Part shown: in pieces, positions 8,183-14,215 of the stretch
Layout of the letters: each line of letters begins with the position of its first letter
How positions within the stretch are numbered: position 1 is the first letter of the stretch
DNA from: a virus
Taxonomy: Duplodnaviria; Heunggongvirae; Uroviricota; Caudoviricetes
IMG/VR virus record: IMGVR_UViG_3300032046_004423
Span: 95,358-109,607 of that record
Direction: 5' to 3' (one strand)
DNA: 14,250 nt
Notes under the pieces: generated by a model
Databases searched by the model: none
The model's input: the letters and a program-made list of their open reading frames with translations, nothing else
What the model was told of the DNA's origin: nothing
Made by a program: the position numbers and the translations under genes

Positions 8183-8433
8183 ACTTTATGAACTGCCCTT
8201 CTCACTCCTTTATCTAAGGACTTATAACGCCTTATTAACTGAGCTTTTACCATCTGCGTTGCCCTACTAGAATTACTTGTAGGTAACTCAAAAATTTCAG
8301 CCTTTTGACTCAAGTTAGCATCATCCATATAGTGCTGAGCTAGCAACTCAGAAGAAAAAGACCTGCCTCCTATAATGACAGGTCTTAAACTACCATCCTT
8401 TGCCCTAGTATAGTCAACTACCCAGTAGTACAT
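8179..8433 (-). CDS. Hypothetical protein, 84 aa
   Basis: ATG at 8433 overlaps the TGA of the hidden 45-aa ORF (TGATG), so it is preferred to the track's GTG at 8436. Confidence 0.7.
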   Translation of the reverse strand: MYYWVVDYTRAKDGSLRPVIIGGRSFSSELLAQHYMDDANLSQKAEIFELPTSNSSRATQMVKAQLIRRYKSLDKGVRRAVHKV

Positions 8434-8570
8434 CACTTTACTATAACTACTTTACCAGGTTTAGTAGAGTCAATTAGCATCAATATCCTACTACAACGGC
8501 AAAAACCAATGCTTGACCAAAAAGCTACCAAACTACCACAGTCTGGACACTTAAGAATTACAAGACTCAT
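8433..8570 (-). CDS. 45-aa Cys-rich Zn-ribbon-like protein (not in ORF track)
   Basis: Manual translation MSLVILKCPDCGSLVAFWSSIGFCRCSRILMLIDSTKPGKVVIVK*; AGGAGG directly upstream; CPDC...CRC; stop coupled to the next ATG. Confidence 0.75.
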   Translation of the reverse strand: MSLVILKCPDCGSLVAFWSSIGFCRCSRILMLIDSTKPGKVVIVK

Positions 8571-8579
8571 ACCTTCCTC

Positions 8580-11500
8580 CTACTTTACTAGTTTAACTCT
8601 CCTTGAAGTTTGCCTACCCAACTTTATACCCTTTACAGTTGGAGTTCTTAATACCTCCCTAGCCCCATATCTTACTGCTTTTTTACCCGCAAGCTGTATT
8701 TTCTTTTTCCTCATACTTAAAGGCTCAGGCATATTTAGTATCAAACCAGGTACCACCCATTTTGCTCCACTTAATACCTTACCAATACCACCCCCACTAT
8801 AGCCTCCACCCATACCAGGAAATCCTAGAGGAGGTGGGAATGGTAAAGGTAGTCTTGGTAAGCCATAACTAGGTAGGACCGGTTCAGGTTGAGTTATACC
8901 AATTTTAGGTGGAGATATAACAGGAGGTGTAGTCGTAAAGCCAACTACTACTGGAAAAGGTTCTGGAACCACCATAGGCTTAGGTATTACAGGTTCCTCA
9001 GTTAGGGCCTCTGGCACAATAGGAATAAGTAACTCAGATTCAGGCATTAGAGGATGGACTGTTACAGTCCCAGTAATAAGAGGTGTATAAATTCTAGGAA
9101 GAGTTACAACAGGTGTAAAAATTTCAGGTTCATGTTCTGGTTTAGCTACTCCAGGAATAACAAAAGGCTTACTAGGAATCTTTTCAGGCATAATAGGACT
9201 AAAAGGAGTTTTTATCCCAGGCTTAACTCTAGTAGGTATAGTAACTCCTATTCTAGCTGGAATAGTAAGTCTTGGGAGAGTTTTAGTCCAATCCATAGTT
9301 CTAGTTCCAACTCCAAGTTCTCCTCCCAGACCTCCCCAACTATATAAAGGACTACCATATCCTCCTCCTTCTAGAGGATAACTGAACTCCCCACTATACA
9401 GAACATCAGGACCTCTATATAAACCCCCACCCCCTTTTGTAGAACCACCACCAAAGGTCATACCACCTAGCCCAGGCATAGGTCCCCGCTCAAAAGGATA
9501 CCACCATTCTGGGATAGGTGGGCCCGACTTAGGCCCCCCACCTTTTCCATACCATTCCTCAACAGGCCACATAGAAACAGTTCCCTGAGCATAGGCTGTA
9601 GGTCCTTCTATAGGATAACTAGACTTAAGGAATTTATACTCAAGTGGGGATAGAACCTCCCCATATCTAGTAAAAGCAACTTCTTTAGGAGCACCCAACG
9701 ACTCTGTAAGACTAACAGGTTGAGGTCTATAAGCTGCAACAGGTTTAAAAGGAAATAACTCACTAGAAGGCCTATAGATATCACCCGAAAGCTCCTCAGC
9801 AGTAGGTAACTTTATCTCTTCCGTATAACGAGGCTTCTCTCCCTTACTAAGTTTTACCAGCTTTGCCCCGAATCCAGTAACTCTAGTATCACTCCTAAGA
9901 ACAGTACCAATAGTCTCTGAGATTGGTACTATCCTTCCTCCAAGAGGAGTAATAGCTTCCCCATAACTAATCTTTCCTTTTGCTACTCCCAATCCCTCAG
10001 CTACTAACTCAGGACTAACTTTTGCTCCTATTCCTTTACTAGCCCAGAACTTCTCAATTCCTCTTAAACCAACTGCTCTAGGTCCAAAGAGACTTCCTTG
10101 TAGTCCAGGAAGTAAGGTAAATCCTACAGTACCTATCTTATGTCCTATACCTGGCTGCTTCCATGTTAATACACCAGCAGCAGTTACTGGCCCAAAATAA
10201 GGAAATAGTGTAGTAAGAGACTTAGCCCCATACTGGGGATATAACTGTGAGGCAACCGTAGAAGGAGCAAGTATCTGATACATACCCCCTACTAGAAACT
10301 TAGGTACTGTAGGCCACTCCTGCATCTTCTCTAAAGGAGGCATAAGATACCTCTCCGTTCCTTTTCCCAAAGCACCTACTATGCTAGGCTGATACTGCAT
10401 CTCACCCAAAACACTCTCCCTAATACTTGCCATCACTTGTGGGTCATAATCTAAACTAGCCTGGGCTAAAAACTCATCCTTTCCGATATCTAATTCTAAT
10501 CCTTGGGCAGCAGCTTCTCTAGCCTCCCGGTCATATAGAGAAGACGCATCACTCATATACTCCTTATAGCCTTGACTATACTGAGAACTACCCTTATACT
10601 GCTCCCATGCCTTAGCAATATTACTCTCAATAGGTTCCGGTTCAGATAAGGCACCCAGTGCAGTCGCACTACCAATAGTCGCAACTGTAGGGATAGTAAG
10701 TACAGTTGTAGTTGCTTTTACCCCAGTTAAGAATCCAGATAATGGTCCAGCAAACCTCCCAAGACTTGGAGAAATTTCAATAGGTGCCCTTCCCCATTTC
10801 AGGAATGATGATACTGGCCCAAGTGCTTTAACTAAAACTGGAGCACCCATAGCCTCACCAGTACCAAGTGCAAGCCCTCCAGCAAATATCATAGGCTGAA
10901 TAGGAGACTCCTTCCACCATGCCTTAGTCTGTAACATATTGGGACTCGGACTATAACCTCCACCCCAACTACCAGGAGGAGAAATACCCCAAAGAGCATT
11001 TCTTACTTTTTCTAACCAAGTAAATCCAGGTTTAGAACCATAATACTCATCTGCGTGAATCACCGGTAAACCAAACTGACCTGCCTGGGATAAACCAGCA
11101 AGAGAAAAGAGATTAACAGGATGACCTCCAGCTAACTCTATCTGCTTAGTAGGAGCCATAGTTCCAGACCTATATTCTAAGGCTTTATCAACATCCTCCT
11201 GTCTAAAACCAAAACTGACTAACTGAGTTGGGGTTAACTCACTTAATGCTCCAACTAAATTATAACCCCCTCCACTAGTCTTATAAGATTCAATCTTAGC
11301 TTCCTCAGGAGTTACTATCTGCCAACCTCCCTGCGTATTCCTATAAGTAATACCACCTTGGTTAAGATACTCCACACCCCCACTCTCAAAAATTCCCTCA
11401 GGTCCCTTAACCAAATAACCCGTAGTAGGTCCAGTTATAGTAATAGGAGTTTCCCCACCATGTTCCTGGTAGTAACTAAGAAAAGCTTGCTTTTCAGCCT

Positions 11501-11741
11501 CAGTAGGCTCACCAGGTACTACTACAGTAGGAGGTTTATTACTAGTACCTCCACCCAATCCCGAACTAGGAATTACTTGAATCCCATGAGCTTTTGCAAA
11601 TGCAAGAACCTGTGCTGGTCCCCAACCACCACTTGTTACTAGACTACCCCCTCCAGTAACTGGATGGTACTCAATTCCATGGGCTTTTGCAAATGAAACT
11701 ACTTGGGCTTGAGTCCAACCACCACTAGTTACTTGTGCCAT
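8580..11741 (-). CDS. Large 1053-aa low-complexity protein (Gly-rich N-terminus, central hydrophobic segments, Pro-rich region, basic C-tail); putative internal virion protein
   Basis: AGGAGG SD with long (13-nt) spacer; uninterrupted ORF; no catalytic motif recognised. Confidence 0.8.
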   Translation of the reverse strand: MAQVTSGGWTQAQVVSFAKAHGIEYHPVTGGGSLVTSGGWGPAQVLAFAKAHGIQVIPSSGLGGGTSNKPPTVVVPGEPTEAEKQAFLSYYQEHGGETPITITGPTTGYLVKGPEGIFESGGVEYLNQGGITYRNTQGGWQIVTPEEAKIESYKTSGGGYNLVGALSELTPTQLVSFGFRQEDVDKALEYRSGTMAPTKQIELAGGHPVNLFSLAGLSQAGQFGLPVIHADEYYGSKPGFTWLEKVRNALWGISPPGSWGGGYSPSPNMLQTKAWWKESPIQPMIFAGGLALGTGEAMGAPVLVKALGPVSSFLKWGRAPIEISPSLGRFAGPLSGFLTGVKATTTVLTIPTVATIGSATALGALSEPEPIESNIAKAWEQYKGSSQYSQGYKEYMSDASSLYDREAREAAAQGLELDIGKDEFLAQASLDYDPQVMASIRESVLGEMQYQPSIVGALGKGTERYLMPPLEKMQEWPTVPKFLVGGMYQILAPSTVASQLYPQYGAKSLTTLFPYFGPVTAAGVLTWKQPGIGHKIGTVGFTLLPGLQGSLFGPRAVGLRGIEKFWASKGIGAKVSPELVAEGLGVAKGKISYGEAITPLGGRIVPISETIGTVLRSDTRVTGFGAKLVKLSKGEKPRYTEEIKLPTAEELSGDIYRPSSELFPFKPVAAYRPQPVSLTESLGAPKEVAFTRYGEVLSPLEYKFLKSSYPIEGPTAYAQGTVSMWPVEEWYGKGGGPKSGPPIPEWWYPFERGPMPGLGGMTFGGGSTKGGGGLYRGPDVLYSGEFSYPLEGGGYGSPLYSWGGLGGELGVGTRTMDWTKTLPRLTIPARIGVTIPTRVKPGIKTPFSPIMPEKIPSKPFVIPGVAKPEHEPEIFTPVVTLPRIYTPLITGTVTVHPLMPESELLIPIVPEALTEEPVIPKPMVVPEPFPVVVGFTTTPPVISPPKIGITQPEPVLPSYGLPRLPLPFPPPLGFPGMGGGYSGGGIGKVLSGAKWVVPGLILNMPEPLSMRKKKIQLAGKKAVRYGAREVLRTPTVKGIKLGRQTSRRVKLVK
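11568..11732 (-). repeat. Two-copy direct repeat (93-nt period) at the 5' end of the 1053-aa gene
   Basis: VTSGGWTQAQVVSFAKAHGIEYHP (aa 4-27) vs VTSGGWGPAQVLAFAKAHGIQVIP (aa 35-58); DNA shares gcttttgcaaatg and caaccaccact. Confidence 0.9.
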
Positions 11742-11758
11742 TTACGACTATTAACCTC

Positions 11759-12310
11759 CTATTTTAGATATCTAATAAACCCTTTCTTAACTAACTGAGA
11801 AAGTGCTCTTCCTACTTCCTCACCTGTTAAACCAGTAGCTATCTCTAACTGACTAGAATCAGTATATCCATCAACGATTGCTAAATAAACAGCTTTTTCC
11901 TCAGTAGGCATATTAGCTGCAGCCCCTCCCTGAAATGCCCTACTAACATCCTCTTCACCCCACTCATCTCCAGGTTGTAATACTGTTCCTAAGTAACTAC
12001 CTCCCCCAGCTACTGCCCTTTCCTCCTGTGTCATATTTCTCCACTCTTCTCTCCCCGCTATCTGTGTCTGCTCTGTTCTATAAAACGGGCTTGCCTCCAT
12101 CATATATGCTCTATTCGCGCCAGCAACCGCTGCACTCACCTCACAAGGTGATAGTCCAGCTGCTTCTGCTTGACTCTTTGCAGAACTAACTCCACTCTGC
12201 CAGTTCTGATAGTCCTGTTTCGCTGCATTTATACTTTGTTGGGCCTTTGTAGGGTTACTACCCCCAACAGGTCCCCCACCCAAACTAGAAGCAATATTTC
12301 CCCATGCCAT
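11759..12310 (-). CDS. Winged-helix protein, paralog 2 (183 aa), low-complexity N-terminus
   Basis: C-terminal MPTEEKAVYLAIVDGYTDSSQLEIATGLTGEEVGRALSQLVKKGFI. Confidence 0.8.
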   Translation of the reverse strand: MAWGNIASSLGGGPVGGSNPTKAQQSINAAKQDYQNWQSGVSSAKSQAEAAGLSPCEVSAAVAGANRAYMMEASPFYRTEQTQIAGREEWRNMTQEERAVAGGGSYLGTVLQPGDEWGEEDVSRAFQGGAAANMPTEEKAVYLAIVDGYTDSSQLEIATGLTGEEVGRALSQLVKKGFIRYLK

Positions 12311-12314
12311 AATA

Positions 12315-12890
12315 CTACGCCTTTATATAACCTTTACTAAGTAACCAGTGAAAAGCCCTACCTATCTCCTCATTTGTCAATCCTGTAGCTACTCCCAAAC
12401 TATCAGGACTAGTATAACCCTCCTGTATTGCCTGATAAACAGATTTCTCATTAGCAGGCATACCAGAAGGTATACCAACAGGTGTATCAGGCATCCGAGA
12501 TGCCTGACGGTTAGGCATAGTTCTAATCTTTAAATAGTTACCAGCTATTCCTCCTCCTCCCCCAAACTTTGGTAACAAACCACGCATAGACCCAGTTGAG
12601 ATTGCTACCCCTCCAGATATATTCCTAGCTGGTACTAACCTCAGCTTTGCCCCCTCCGACAAACCAGGTATTTTTTTACTACCAGCACTCCACTCATTAC
12701 TGGGCCTTCTTGCCTCTACCTCAGTAGGTTTTTCTGGGTGTGGAAAAGTCTTTACCCAACTAGGATTTTCTCCCCCCGGGCCAACAAAACCCCCACCTCC
12801 TGGTTTAGAATTTGAAGTTGGTGTTTGTGCTCCCAATCCATACCGTGGGTCCATATCATGAGCAAGTACTGCAGAAAGTTTACTTACCAT
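12315..12890 (-). CDS. Winged-helix protein, paralog 1 (191 aa), Gly/Pro-rich N-terminus
   Basis: AGGAG SD; C-terminal MPANEKSVYQAIQEGYTSPDSLGVATGLTNEEIGRAFHWLLSKGYI. Confidence 0.8.
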   Translation of the reverse strand: MVSKLSAVLAHDMDPRYGLGAQTPTSNSKPGGGGFVGPGGENPSWVKTFPHPEKPTEVEARRPSNEWSAGSKKIPGLSEGAKLRLVPARNISGGVAISTGSMRGLLPKFGGGGGIAGNYLKIRTMPNRQASRMPDTPVGIPSGMPANEKSVYQAIQEGYTSPDSLGVATGLTNEEIGRAFHWLLSKGYIKA

Positions 12891-12927
12891 TTCTAGTATC
12901 CTCCTATAACAAAATTTTTAATAGTAG

Positions 12928-12955
12928 AATGGGGAGTATATTTCAACTCCCCATT
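12928..12955 (-). terminator. Stem-loop after the capsid-like gene (terminator or mRNA-stabilising hairpin)
   Basis: Perfect 10-bp inverted repeat AATGGGGAGT (12928-12937) / ACTCCCCATT (12946-12955) with 8-nt loop, 12 nt past the TAA. No clean U-tract follows. Confidence 0.55.
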
Positions 12956-12967
12956 TACTGACTAGTG

Positions 12968-13133
12968 TTAACCCTGGCCTCCTATCCATGCTACTGCCCC
13001 TAATAGGATAACTGCGACGAAAACGTATGGCAGAACACCAACTAGAGCTGCTAAACCAGTAGGACTAGTAATAGCTGCAGTAGTCTGCAGGATGACCGGA
13101 ACCAGACTTACACCTACCACGATGGAAATCATG
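12968..13133 (-). CDS. Exon 2 of an intron-split small hydrophobic protein; putative spindle-shaped-virus-type major capsid protein (not in ORF track)
   Basis: C + ATG ATT TCC...GGT TAA encodes MISIVVGVSLVPVILQTTAAITSPTGLAALVGVLPYVFVAVILLGAVAWIGGQG*: two hydrophobic helices with a polar T/S/P/G linker. It begins right after the predicted intron omega-G. Confidence 0.75.
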
Positions 13134-13322
13134 CAACCTTATCCCAGGTTTTCCTGAGGGTTGGACTTTATCTTCACCCATTACTGGGTGTCCCGTGTAA
13201 AGTCTCTACACTTGCCTGTCTTTCAACTGCTAGCTCGGTATTACCATAAGTATCACTACCCTTAGGCTTCACCGACTTAGCGGGATTTATTACCTCTCAA
13301 TTACTCAAGAGGAGCACCACTT

Positions 13323-14072
13323 CTAGTATAAACCAAAGGCTTCTAGTTTTGCTAGAAACTTAGAACTATCAAGCCCAGTGTGCCTTCTAAGTCCAAGCTC
13401 ACATTCCCGAAGCACCAGGCATCTATAACCAGCCTCCCCATATAGATACATTCTGGCTACTTCCTCCAACTCATCCCTATGCCAGTAATCACCAAAAAGT
13501 TCAATGCAATCCTTTACACCGTCAGTTCTATAGAAATCAGGTACCTTTCCTGCTACTACTAGCTCACCCTCATTGAACTTCCACTTACCTGGACTTACAA
13601 AGTCTAGCAAATCCTTTAGCCAAGATTCGGGATAGTTAGGATGTAAACTACCAGCCCCAGACCTCATTGCAGCTATCTGGCTATTCTTAAACTCTGGATC
13701 TGACCACAGGTTATTATGAACCCTACTTAGCCTTTCCCTATAACCAGGCTGACTCCACATTTCCTTAGCAGTCCTGGAGAAATCCTCTGAGGACCTTGTA
13801 GATGGAACACCAAACTTCGCTTCTGAGATTGCATCTCCCCAAGTTATGTCTCTGCCTGTAAGAGCCTTAGATATAGCCTCATTTCTCTCAGCCGCAAACT
13901 CCTGCCAAGAACCCATAGACTCAAGAACGAGGTCAGAATAGATACTAGCATCTGGGAACATTGCCCGGTACTCAAGGACAGTACCTATTCCATGAGCAGA
14001 CTGTAGATGCGTACCAGTAATCTGTTCATAACTCAGACCACAAAGCCTGCACTCTACTAAGTACTTTCCCAA
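13323..14072 (-). CDS. Intron-encoded putative homing endonuclease, Vsr-like/EDxHD-type PD-(D/E)xK nuclease with N-terminal C2H2 Zn finger
   Basis: TTG start with GGGGG SD; CRLC...HLQSAH...EYRAMFP N-terminus; helical repeats (ISKALTG/ISEAKFG; WSQPGYR/WSDPEFK); C-terminal PNYPE...VPDF...IELFGDYWH...LVLRECE; lies between P1 and the ribozyme core. Confidence 0.82.
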   Translation of the reverse strand: MGKYLVECRLCGLSYEQITGTHLQSAHGIGTVLEYRAMFPDASIYSDLVLESMGSWQEFAAERNEAISKALTGRDITWGDAISEAKFGVPSTRSSEDFSRTAKEMWSQPGYRERLSRVHNNLWSDPEFKNSQIAAMRSGAGSLHPNYPESWLKDLLDFVSPGKWKFNEGELVVAGKVPDFYRTDGVKDCIELFGDYWHRDELEEVARMYLYGEAGYRCLVLRECELGLRRHTGLDSSKFLAKLEAFGLY

Positions 14073-14095
14073 CCATTCCCCCTAGATTGTAACCT

Positions 14096-14106
14096 GTAGC
14101 AGTCAT
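14096..14106 (-). other. Predicted internal guide sequence (IGS) of the intron
   Basis: Minus-strand AUGACUGCUAC is the exact 11-nt complement of the ligated exons GUAGCAGU|CAU. Confidence 0.65.
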
Positions 14107-14127
14107 TAAAAGTCGATGCCGATAAGT

Positions 14128-14141
14128 ACTGCTACTAACAC
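14128..14141 (-). CDS. Predicted exon 1 of the capsid-like gene (GTG TTA GTA GCA GT)
   Basis: GGGAGG SD 9 nt upstream of GTG; joins exon 2 in frame (GT|C = Val). The alternative junction GGC AT|C at 14116 is also in frame. Confidence 0.55.
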
Positions 14142-14159
14142 ATGCTAAAACCTCCCTTT

Positions 14160-14215
14160 AACATTACCGAGTAATATAACTAGTACTCTTCCTATGCAAC
14201 AAGTATAACATAGCA
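14160..14215 (-). promoter_or_regulatory. Candidate promoter region upstream of the capsid-like gene
   Basis: AT-rich non-coding region. Contains an extended -10-like TGTTATACT (14202-14210), a TTATAT box near 14174-14179 that could equally be an archaeal TATA box, and a short palindrome ATTAC-CGA-GTAAT (14163-14175). Confidence 0.3.

Larger units (their letters stand above)
13134..14127 (-). ncRNA. Group I intron (self-splicing ribozyme) with embedded endonuclease ORF
   Basis: On the minus strand: P2-like hairpin CCUCUUGA-GUAA-UUGAGAGG; P3 UCCCG (13281-13285) with CGGGA (13191-13195); P element AAGUCGGUGAA (13268-13278); Q AAUACCGAGC (13233-13242); GUU-GAAA-GAC in P6; R GUGUAGAGACU (13201-13211); P8 CACCCA-GUAA-UGGGUG (13175-13190); S AAGAUAAAGUCC (13163-13174); P9 CAGG-AAAA-CCUG; P9.0 AACC/GGUU then terminal G at 13134. 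The 5' boundary is less certain (14127 preferred, 14115 alternative). Confidence 0.92.

Noticed and set aside
364-8720. Shared KKAVR pentapeptide near the C-termini of the radical SAM (about 370-384) and 1053-aa (about 8680-8695) proteins
   Set aside because: Five residues in basic tails; compatible with chance and with no further alignment.
5666-12533. Other plus-strand track ORFs (5666-5923, 6736-6999, 7151-7378, 7720-7956, 8509-8802, 9054-9347, 11358-11642, 12348-12533)
   Set aside because: All lie antisense to well-supported minus-strand genes, are S/L/P-rich as expected of shadows, and lack SD sites.
12968-13132. Reading exon 2 as a type IV pilin, holin or inovirus pVIII coat protein
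   Set aside because: No class III signal (G|F...E5) motif, no charged holin C-tail, and two hydrophobic helices rather than the single TM plus basic tail of pVIII. Cannot be fully excluded without a profile search.
1451-13325. Possible TAG stop-codon reassignment (prompted by ATG TGT TAG and frequent TAG words)
   Set aside because: Several long genes end cleanly at TAG (1454, 8580, 12315, 13323) right before the next gene or intron element, and gene density is already near complete under the standard code.
14165-14171. 7-nt complementarity between the leader (CUCGGUA) and the intron Q element (UACCGAG), a possible splicing-inhibitory pairing
   Set aside because: Only 7 bp, not extendable, may lie upstream of the transcription start, and a match of this length is likely by chance.
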